A stretch of DNA of 64,000 nt, taken from Vicugna vicugna (taxonomy: Eukaryota). Of the stretch, positions 53,968-64,000 are shown piece after piece. Below the pieces are notes generated by a model, which worked only from the letters and a program-made list of their open reading frames with translations, had not been told where the DNA came from and ran no database searches. Each line of letters opens with the position of its first letter. Position 1 is the stretch's first letter. The stretch is from NCBI GenBank assembly GCA_013265495.1, contig MU058451.1, forward strand, positions 1,960,167 to 2,024,166, read 5' to 3'. The position numbers and the translations under genes are program-made.

Positions 53968-54054
53968 TGTGTGTGTGTGTGTTTTTAATGGAGGTACTGG
54001 AGATTGAACCCAGGACCTCGTCATGTGCTCTACCACTGAGCTATCCCCTCCCCC
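53968..54054 (-). mobile_element. Camelid-type tRNA-derived SINE with internal deletion and (TG)n tail
   Basis: gaggtactggagattgaacccaggacctcg..catgtgctctaccactgagctatcccctcccc is the reverse complement of the SINE head. Confidence 0.85.
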
Positions 54055-57000
54055 ACTAGGACATCATCTTTTTGGTGGTACTTTGTTGGGAACTGACAAT
54101 TCCAGAATTTCTCTCCATGTGGTTTTGGAGGGGGAAATTTGCTTGGAGGATGGGACCCTGGGGAATGCTTCTTGAAGCTGAGCACAGAAAGAACACTGTT
54201 TTAAACCTGCTTTTATGTTTATTTGGGGAGGCTTTGCAAGGAGGCTGATGGGGACAGGGGTCACGCATTTGTTGATGTCCAAGGTCTAGAATATGCGGTG
54301 TTCCTGCAGAACAGGTTGGGGAGGAGGAGCAGGAAATGGGAGTGAACAACAATGAGAAGTCCCTGGCATCCTAGGTTAACCTGTAAGTATGAAAGAGACA
54401 CAAGAGGAAATGAAGTCCAGAGACAAATGCCCCCTCTTCAAAACCAAACCTGGAGGCAAAGCCCACGGGGGGGGGGGGCATGCAGATCCAACAGATGATA
54501 ACCTGCTCTAGAATAGTCTAGTTGGAGAGGAATAATTAATTACATGGAAAGAGGGTTACAGAAGCTGGAATCCATGTTTGACTTAAAAAAAAAAAACTCT
54601 AATGCAAAAATTTAGGGACAAAAACAAAAATCTGCTTGTGCAGGGTATCTGAGACTGTATTGCGCCCACTGAGCAAATGCAGAGCTCTGCTTTCTTACAC
54701 ATGCATAATTCTGCCACCAAAGAGAGTTGTCCCTGGAGCCATGTGGCCAGCAGCCTACAGGCTGTAATTCTACAAGCAGAGTTCAGATAAAATCTGCAAG
54801 TAGAATTCCTTGTTCGCTCTGGTGTCATTCTGGTGTCCGGGCCAACGCTCCCTTTCTGGAAGGAAAGAGGGGTGAAGTTGCTTAGGGAATCCCTTCTGTA
54901 CCAAATCAGGGAAGCAGCTGCCTGTCCCTGCTGCCACCTTTATGAAAGGAATGCGCCAGAAAGCTTAGGAGGGCTCCACACTGGTTTTGTTTGACTGACT
55001 TACTTCCGGCTATTACCTTTAAGTCTTTGCTCTGCCAGTCTTCTTTCTAGAAGTACCTTCCCTGCTTCATCCAGCAGTTACTGTCTATTATTTCCTTTTA
55101 AACTTGGTGTGAAGTTTCTTTCTTCTCTGAGAAGTCTTCTGTGATTATAATGCTCCCTCCCTGCCCCCCACCGCGACCCCATGTCCTCGTGCTCTGAGTC
55201 CACTCAGCACTGGGATAAAATTTGCATCACTATTTAAAGACACACATATACAACAGAAAACAAACAGTACTGCACGTGTTAGAGGATACTTGAAATTTTG
55301 TGATCTTTAAGAACATTCTAGAGAGTCCTTTGGAACTGGTTCCCACCTAACCAAAAGATTATTCATTCTGTTTAGTATAAGTTTGTATCATCATATGTCT
55401 CCTATTTTGTAGGTTCGCGATGCTTACTGTTGCATGTATTAATTACTTGATCGTCTTTCACAGTATGTAGTTACTGCTTGTTTATTTGTATGGTTGGTGG
55501 TAGTAAGCTTTTTTTTTTTTTGGTTTTGCTTTGTTTAATCATTCTCAGACAAGGCAACCAATGGGCCAATATAAGGATTTTTATGTATCCTAGTGTATAG
55601 TTATTACCATTAGCTTATCCACATTGTCTGTAATTACACCCAGGTTTTGTACTATGTGCATGCATGTGTATACTATATTATAAACTCTCCAGATCGAGGA
55701 CTGTGTCTTCCTATTTTTTTAGTAATGTGAAGGTACCTTACAAAAGGTGGAGCACACAGCAGCTGCTCAGAAATAAGTATGTTAATAAGCAAATTGTCTA
55801 GTTTAGAAAAATCCACATTCAACTCATCTCAAAAAGCTAGAAGGACACAGGAGGTTTTTTCTCTGTTTGTTCTCAGAACAGTATGATCTGTATCAAGCAG
55901 AGTGGACTTTTCTTCCTTTTTTACTTAAGTGTTTGTCTTGTCTGAACAAAAGCCATTTATAAATGGTGAGCCTCCCATACATTTGTTAACGTCCCCAGTG
56001 GAAACAAATCAAAGTGATCAAATTCATAAATTGTGATTTTTCTGTATATTTCTAACCTCAAAGCTGTTATGTCATTGTCATAATGCAATTTGGGTAAAAA
56101 TAAGAATGTGATCAGAGCCATGCAATTTAAATCCAAGAAATGCATTCTAGCTCCTCTTACTTGCAGGCTTTCAGTGGCAGTTACAGCACCACTCCCCATG
56201 GGCCTGGAGAGATAGAAGCTCACCAGAGGGGCCTGATAGCTCAGATGCACTGCGACTTGGCTTCTTAGAGCCAAGGGTGTCTTTGTGGAGCAGAATGTGG
56301 GTGGGGGCTCTGTCTGGTTTTGACAATGACCTTTCCTGTACCAGGACTGGACCAAATGCTCCCTAACAAAGGAAATCTCAATTTGCTTGACCTGAAAAAC
56401 AATGTGAATCAAAGACTAATTCACAAAATCTCATTAATTATATTAAAATTAATGTTGTGCTTAAATAGTGTTAATTAAGATGACTTCCTAATGTCCCACG
56501 AATGCTCTGTAAAACGGAGAGAGTTTGTATTTTCTGTGGCCAAAGACTGTCCTTTTCAGAGTTGTTACCAAGTTAAAATGTTTGGTTGGGTTTTTTATTT
56601 CATTGAGAAACGCTAGAAACTTGAAACTCAAAAAACTTGTAAAGTGGCCACCATTTTTAATTTCTTCAAGTCTAGAGATAACCCAAATTTAATTTTTTTA
56701 CTTAATTAAACAAATCATTATCCAAGTATAAATAGAGATGTAAAGAGAAATGCAAGTCGTGAACTTGCCAGTGTGTTTGCCAGCTGTGGCCTTTAACTAT
56801 ATGGTCAATTTCTTTCCTAATATATTTACACAAAACCCATAAAATTTCAATTGTTGTTAAATGTTTAAAACATGAAATTTTCCAAAATATTGACATTAAA
56901 GAAATTTTATGATTTTTAGTATCCGGTTTTTATTGAGCCTCTTTTCCTTTTCTAGTGCTAGGCTGTTGGATTTGACACTGAAGTTACAAAGGATGGCATT

Positions 57001-57097
57001 TCCACAGTTTTTCTCTTCTATAAGAAGGGGATTCTGTAATAGCTGGTACTCAGTAAATGAAAGCTGTTATTTTTATTATAGTTAATCAAATCACCAT

Positions 57098-57510
57098 TTT
57101 TAAATTGGGTTATAGTTGATTTACAATAGTATGTAAGTTTCAGGTATACAAAGTAGTGATTCACAATTTTCAAAGATTATACATAATTTACAGTTATTAT
57201 AAAACTTTGGCTATATTCCCTGTGCTGTGCAATATATCCTTGTAGCTTATTTATTTTCTGCATAGTAGTTTGTACCTGTTTCCTCCCTCCCCGCTTTCCC
57301 CTCTCCACTAGTAACCACTAATTGTTCTCTGTATCTTTGAGTCTGTTTCTTTTTTGTTATAGTCACTAGTTGGTTTCGCTGTTTACGTCCCACATATAGG
57401 TGATATCGTACAGTGTTTGTCTTTCTCTGTCTGACTTATTGCATGAAGCATAGTACCCTCCGAGTCCATCCCTGTTGTTGCAGATGGCAAAAGTTCATTC
57501 TTTTTCATGG
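57098..57510 (-). mobile_element. L1 3' end (cetartiodactyl type) with 11-bp TSD
   Basis: tatagttgatttacaat...atattccctgtgctgt...ccatccctgttgttgcagatggcaaa; TSD caaatcaccat 57087-57097 / 57511-57521. Confidence 0.88.
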
Positions 57511-57629
57511 CAAATCACCATATTCTTGCTTGCTTTCTCTCCTGTTTGTGAGATTGTATTGGATTTCTACAGAATTACATTTTTACCTCTCAAACCCTAA
57601 GTCTCTCTAGATAAACCCACAGCTGAACC

Positions 57630-57860
57630 CTTATTACGTGCTATCAGCGGTTCTAGCTGCTTGACGTATAACTGTGGTGTCTTCAAAGTAACCTGTGAAG
57701 GTCAGTATAGGCCTCACTTTACCTAAGAGAAAACAGAGGTTTAGAGATGAAGCCACCCACCCAGAGTCACAAAGATAATTAAAGGGAAAGGCTGTCATAC
57801 AAATCCCGATTTTTCTGATCCTAAATCTCATGTTTTTTGCACGCTTCCAAATAGTCTTCC
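57630..57860 (-). mobile_element. MIR
   Basis: cctcactttacctaagagaaaacagaggtttagagatgaag...cccagagtcaca. Confidence 0.7.
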
Positions 57861-60299
57861 TTTTAATTACAATTGAATTTTAAGAAATACAGTTTTATTC
57901 TCAAAAAAAAAAATACAGTAACTCAAATTAAGCCAATTCAGTGTTGCCTAGCAGGGAAGATCTGATTTAATTAACAAATTCTAATGGTTTATGAGCAGCA
58001 TGTCATTTGTTTCTATGTAAACAGCACTCCTACAGGGCTTGTCAGTGCTGAAAACAATTTGTCCTTTAAGTATTTTAAGCGTTCCCTCTGCAATCTGGTT
58101 TGCACTATTAATTTTACACTATTAAGAAAGTGTTTTACCAAGCAAAAATAAGCCAGCCCAGCTTGGGCCTGTCAAAATGATGATAAATTCCAAAGTAGTG
58201 GAATTTTTATTAGGTCTTTGTGTGTTTTAATGGATTTCACTATTATTATCCAAAAATCCAAGTCACTTAATGCATCCAAAAAAAAAGTCCAAACTTTTGT
58301 GTCGGCTTCCCTATCAGCGTAGCGTCCTTTGAGCTGTCATCCCACCTGGGTATTAACCATCATGTCATCATTAGCGGTCAGTGTTCTTAGAGTTGGCATT
58401 TGTACTTGGAGGACGTTTCGTTCACTGGAGGGGTAAAGATCCCCTGCCTGGGACTCCAGCCTCTGAGACAGTGACAGAGCCCACATGGCAGCCTGTCAGC
58501 TTGTGAAAGTGTGACTAACAGCGGTAAGTGTACAAAAAGCATAATATTGTTTTTTTCACACTCAATCCAGGTGGCCGGCCAAGTAAGGAAAAATCAGCAT
58601 TTGCTAAAACTCAGTTCCAGCCTGCCTCCCAGTTGCCTCAACTGAGCCTGATTCAGATCAATTGTAGGTCCTGTGCAGGAATGCGGGATGGTGGGTAAGA
58701 TGATGGAATCAGAACCTAAATAATACAGAAGTCACTAAATGGATTGGTTCTTTTCATCAGGTTGAAGAGTCCAGTGTCTAACCCCTGTCCACTCAGAGGA
58801 CCAGTATCTGCCCTTTCGTGCTCCTTATTAGGAAAAACATGCGCTAAGTAGATCTTTGAAAATGCGAAGTTAGTATTTTATCATAAAGTCCATCTTTTAT
58901 ATCTTGAAAGTGGGTTATTTATTCTGAAAATATATCTTCTCTTTCTCTCTCCTAGTTCATAAAAAACAGAAACAAAAACCAAAGCAAAAACCCTATGTGA
59001 GTTCGATAGTAGACACCTTCTGCCTGCCTTAGAGGAGGTATAAATAATTTATGGAACTTGCATTAAGGTCAGCCAGAGTGTATATTACCTACCGTGTGCA
59101 CATGTCAGGGGAGTGTGGGCTCCCAGCTAATGATCCAGGCTAGAGATAGGGAAGGTTTCTGTTGCTTTCAGGGAATGCAGATGTGTCCCAACATGTGATT
59201 TACCAATACAGATACGGAAAATAACTGAAAGACAGGAGATAACTGTAATAGGATTCTATATATAGCAGAACGTGGAGCCATTCCCAGCACTTTTCTTTTA
59301 TTGCCCGGCTTGATTTCAACATCTGATCTTCCTTTAAGAGCGTTTGTAAAGGAATAGGCTGGGCTCCCTCAGGGCAGTCCTGCTTAATTAAGTCTCTCGG
59401 AAGGGATTCTGTTTGGTTGAAGAAAATGGGTGTGAGAAGGAATCAGGACCAGCGTTTAATACTTTCAAAATATGTTTGTCCTGCTGACACTTCAAATCAA
59501 AATGTCTGGTACTGAATCATCATCTCCCGAACCTCCTGCCTGGCCGAGTTTGCCTGCCACATGGCTCACCGTTGCCTTCTCTCCTCCACCAGTGCCCACT
59601 CCTCTGGCAAAGGCCTTCAGAGTCTCTTCTCAGAATGATGACTGCTGGCCCTTGGCTGACCTCTGAGGACCACTCACTGCATGTTGCTGTTGGCAGAGCC
59701 ATAAAACTATCTCAGCTTTTTCACCTCCACTCAGAGCTGGGTGAGGGCCCCTCACCACTCCCATCCTCATTCTCCATCTCTGCAGACAACAGTTACCCAC
59801 TGCCTGACACCCAAAGGCTAGGGACACTCCCTCCCTTAGCCATGCACCAGGTGCCCCTCTGCTAGCTATGGGGAACTCTATCCAAGGTGTCCAGTTCTCA
59901 GGCCTGTGCCCCAGCTTCCTTCCTGCTCTGCCTGGTTCTTCTCAAGCCTCTTTCAGAGAGCCTGGAATGCTCCCTTGAATTTCAAGGGCATATTTTCTTG
60001 CATAGTTTTTGTGCGAAAATATATGTTGAGTGCCTATAGCATAGTACTTACCACTCACTAAATTAATAATTTAGTATAATAATAATTAATAACTTAAAAC
60101 TAATCAGCACTAATGATCGTGATGATTATTATGATTGTCATGACTGAATCACTTAGAATAGTCCTTGGCTGTAAATAACAATTGCTTAATAAATGTTAGT
60201 CTTCTCCCCTCTTTAAGTTGCTTACATTATTTACATTTTTTATAAGCAACTCCCAAAATTATAAAAGGCTTTCCTTCTTAAAGCTTTTGACTTTCAGAG

Positions 60300-60650
60300 T
60301 TCACAACACTCTAAACTCTTTCATGCATTTGTGTGGAATATTGTCTTTCCGCTCTTCAGTTCACCGCCTCTGATTCATCCTTCTCGTCTCCTCTGAAATG
60401 TCACCTCCTCGGCAAAGCAGTCCCTGACCTCCCTAAGTAACCCCTTTCCCCCTCCTGTCCTGACTTCACTTTGTCCCTTTTCTTGATGGTGCTCAGCACT
60501 GCTTGTGATCATCTGTTGTCTGCAATGCTTTGTGTGTTACCGTCTTCCTCTCACTGTGTGTACCATCATGTCCACCAAGGCAGGTGGTGATGCTCCTGAC
60601 ACAAGACCTGCCCCATTGTGGTCACTCAATAAATATTTGTTCAACTAATT
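60300..60650 (+). mobile_element. L2 3' end
   Basis: aaatgtcacctcctc...tccctgacc...cactcaataaatatttgttcaact. Confidence 0.7.
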
Positions 60651-61693
60651 ATCAGTTTCAACCAGAATTAAATATGCAGAATTAACACTTACATTCAGAC
60701 AGTGAAAATAAGGACTGCCAAGAGTGGTTGGTAATGGAAAAAGCCAACAAAGAAGTCTGTGTATGCTGAGCATTATGACTTTAAAAAAAAAAGCGGCAAT
60801 TCTCATTGTGACACTTGTACCGTGTTGCTCCTGGGACACACTCCCATCACTCTCCCCATACATGGCTTGACAAGCCATCAATCATTCCTAGGTCCAGTTA
60901 TAACCGAGAGCATTCTACTGGAAAACAGATATGTCATCCGACCCAAGCACTGAGGGGCTCCATGTTCAGTAGAGGCATCTGTAAGAAAACTCAGGGGAGC
61001 AAAGCTTAGAAGATGGGAAACTGTCCTTTAAGTATGTTTGCACAGATTTATTTCTACTTCAATGTCAATTACCCAGTTTCAATTTCTATCTCTAAACACC
61101 TTTGCAAAGCAAGTGCAATGCAGCCATACACAGGATCCAAAGTGATCAAGTTTTCCAGCCCAGGGGTACTTGACATGGAAAGTCAAAAACCTTAAAAGGA
61201 ACACTTGTAATGTCCTTCTCATTACAGTTGCTCTGTTTGAACACATTTGACACAGAACAAGCCTTTTTGGAATAAATATACTTTTGTCCCAATAACATTC
61301 TTGGACCTCTCAGACCCACTTGCAGAGACATTCAGAGAAGTAAGTGTGCCTTCTGCAAGCAAGCATAACTGCTGCTACTGACACCTTCCACGCTATGAAT
61401 TTTTTTTAAAAAAAAAGCAAAATTCTCATCTATTTTTAATGATTTATAGCAGGTAGGAAAGTGTTTTTTATAAGGGTGGGACTCCCAATTAAATCAATTG
61501 CAGACTTTGAAATTGATTCAGGTCAAGTCTCCTCCTCTGTAAGAAACCATCTCAGAACCCCCACCGTACGCTTGCTGCCTTTCTCTGTGCTCTCGCTGCC
61601 TCCTCCGGATGCCTGGGTTGCACACTCTCACAGAAGACGTGCTCCTTGAGGACAGACGCTATGTCTTTCAGCCCTGAAGTCCAAGAAATTTCT

Positions 61694-61988
61694 TTTTTTT
61701 TTAATTATGCAATTAAAAGAATATTTTAATTGTGGTAAAATACACATAACATTAAATTTAACATTTTAATCATTTTTTTCATTGTTCTATAGCTGGCCTG
61801 AATTTCTTTGTTCTTATCAAAGGATTTTCAGTGTTGCTTTAGTTTCTGGTGTACAGCATAGTGATCAGTTAGACACACATATATTCTTTTTCATTATAGG
61901 TTATTATGAAATACTGAATATAGTTCCCTGTGCTATACAGTAGGACCTTGTTGTTTATCTGTTCTGTATATAGTAGTTTGTATCTGCT
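61694..61988 (-). mobile_element. L1 3' end with ~125 bp extra 3' sequence and poly-A, 14-bp TSD, inserted in an L2 tail
   Basis: TSD tccaagaaatttct 61680-61693 / tccaaggaatttct 61989-62002; L1 3' UTR ~61828-61988; poly-T 61693-61702. Confidence 0.8.
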
Positions 61989-63649
61989 TCCAAGGAATTT
62001 CTGTGTCCCAAACTATGTCCGGCATTCTACCTGGCATAGAGTAAGAGATTACTAAATAATAATGAAGGAATGAATGAATGAATAAGTTAGCCCATCACTT
62101 GGAGTTACATTAGTCAGTTGCTCACCCATTTATAAGCCTCTTCGTGTTCCTCTATTTCAGACATCATTCTGTCTACACAGGTGACACCTGATGAATGTAT
62201 CCCTGAATGCTATATTGTGGGACATATGGCTTAATATGAGAAGTCAGGTAGCCCCAGATGTGAATATTTACTCAGTTTACAGGAAACCATTCTTACCTTT
62301 GTTCTGGGCAGTCAGTCCTTTGTGAGCAGATCTTGAAGCTGCAGGTCACGGACTGTCTTCTTGATAAAAAATAATGGCTCTTATTTAAGCCTGAATTAGT
62401 CAAATGAGTCTGGGATCTAAAAAGAGAGCTTTATAAAACTCTGCCCACACTGTCACAGGCCACACTTCTCATAAACTTAATCAGTGAGCTGGGGCACATT
62501 TTGCTCTTGCTTGTTGGGGTTTCAAAAGGGCAAACCCAATAAATCCACTCACATTTAAAGTGAGCTATTAGCCTGCAGTAGACACGGTGTGCCCTGAACC
62601 GTCTGTCCAGCAGCAGCATTCCCACTTCAGTGCCTCCTTTTCCTCTGCATCAAATGAAGATGACATCACTACTGCTGTTTTCCAGATTGGAGCAGAGGAG
62701 CAATGGCCACTACCTCTGGGTATATTCCAGTACTGCTTGACTATTATCTTCCTTTCATCTTTTACCTCACAAGGATGGCATAAGGGTTCACAGGAAAAAT
62801 TCTGTCCAGTTCTTTGAAATGAATAACATAAACATGGCAGACATCCATGTCATCGATCAATGAAATAACAGTCTACAAGCCAATGGAGGTTATTTTGGTT
62901 TTATTCTAGTTTTTTTAAATATAATTATTGCACATTCATGTTTTCCAGTCTAATAAGGGCCTTGTTATTAAGAGACTCTTTGAAGCTGTTTATTTTAAGT
63001 GAACATTTAAAAAATACTACCTTAGTGGCCTGAGTTACAGCTCAGATGGGAAGACATAAAATGCACTGTTCTGAATTGATCTGGTGAGAAAAGTAAAAGC
63101 ACTCAAAACAGGACGCTGGAGCATCAGGGGAAGAGCTTGTTTGTGCCAAAGGCGCACGTCTGTGTCCATGGCGGGCTCCATCCAGGCCTGGGGAGATGGA
63201 AGTGGGGCTCCTCCCTGCACCCCAGTCTCATGCTACCCACCACCAACCAAACCATCCTTCGATGGGATAGGGTGCCTTTCTTCTTCCAAAGTCCTCATTT
63301 ACCAAAATTAGAACTAGGCAGGTGGCCGGAATTGGGGGGGGAGGTGTCATACAGAGTAGAAGACATTGCTCACCCAGCAAGGTGACCCTCCAGCCCAAGC
63401 CAGCACCAGTCCTTTCACAGCCATAGGGAGGGAAAGAATCCCACTTGAGAAGCAGCCAGTGGTGAGAACTGGGGTGTGGTGCAGGTGCCCGCCTTGTGGG
63501 TGATGACAGCGCAGGACTGAATGGCCTTAGGAGGCAGGGAGCAGTGAGTCTGTACCTCATAGCCAGCAGGGGGTTTGGAGGGAGAAGCAGACCCCAGGAA
63601 AGCTCAGAGACTCTTGGAGGGTTTATCCACATCTGGAAGGGGACATGGC

Positions 63650-63915
63650 GGCAAGGCTGCATTTCGATTTTCATGGGACCCAGGAACTTTTGCCTTTGTG
63701 GCCCCTTCTTCCATTAAAAACATCTTTTAAATTATATTTTATGACTGCACTGGAGCAACAATGAATATAATCCAGGTTTGAGTCATTCTTCTGTATTAGT
63801 TTTTATATTCATTTCTTCTACTAATTTGAAATAAACTTAGCACAAAAGCATTTAGTGGCTCCCTAAAAGTATCATAGCCCTGGGCATGGTGCATGCTGTG
63901 TCTAGTGAACAAGGT
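63650..63915. mobile_element. MER96B-like hAT DNA transposon
   Basis: gccccttcttccattaaaaa...aaattatattttatgactgca...atgaatataatccagg...ccctaaaagtatcatagccctgggcatggtgc. Confidence 0.65.
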
Positions 63916-64000
63916 ATTCAAGTCAGGGGGAACCTGAACCTTCCTCATACTATATTCTCTTGAGTGGAAACAAGGGGTCCCAGAATGGGAAAGTGTAGGA

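Noticed and set aside
1..64000. Prokaryote-type systems (CRISPR arrays, operons, defence islands), rRNA/snRNA/miRNA genes and full CpG islands
   Set aside because: The sequence is mammalian and repeat-rich; I saw no regularly spaced repeat array, no recognisable structural RNA and no long CpG-dense stretch

Overview
Mammalian non-coding genomic DNA (intergenic or deep intronic), moderately AT-rich and with few CpGs. It is most likely from a camelid (Vicugna/Lama/Camelus): it carries tRNA-Ala(AGC)-derived SINEs and cetartiodactyl/camelid-type L1 3' ends, and I saw no Alu, BovB/Bov-tA, PRE-1 or CAN-SINE. No ORF in the track is a recognisable protein; they look like chance ORFs or repeat remnants. 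The window is mostly old repeats (MIR, L2, L3/CR1, L1M, ERVL LTRs, hAT DNA transposons) plus younger L1 tails and SINEs with target-site duplications (TSDs). Notable structures: (1) a head-to-tail 2,340-bp tandem duplication (33716-38397, about 99.5% identical, no indels) with a 2-bp microhomology junction flanked by two substitutions; (2) two young L1 tails nested tail-to-tail in an old L1, forming a near-perfect 100-bp inverted repeat (52041-52335); (3) a probable L1 3' transduction (61680-62002); (4) a small CpG-enriched promoter-like motif cluster near 2.7 kb with a speculative two-exon minus-strand ORF. I found no convincing novel biological system. Repeat family names come from my recollection of consensus sequences, not a RepeatMasker run, and boundaries without TSDs are approximate.
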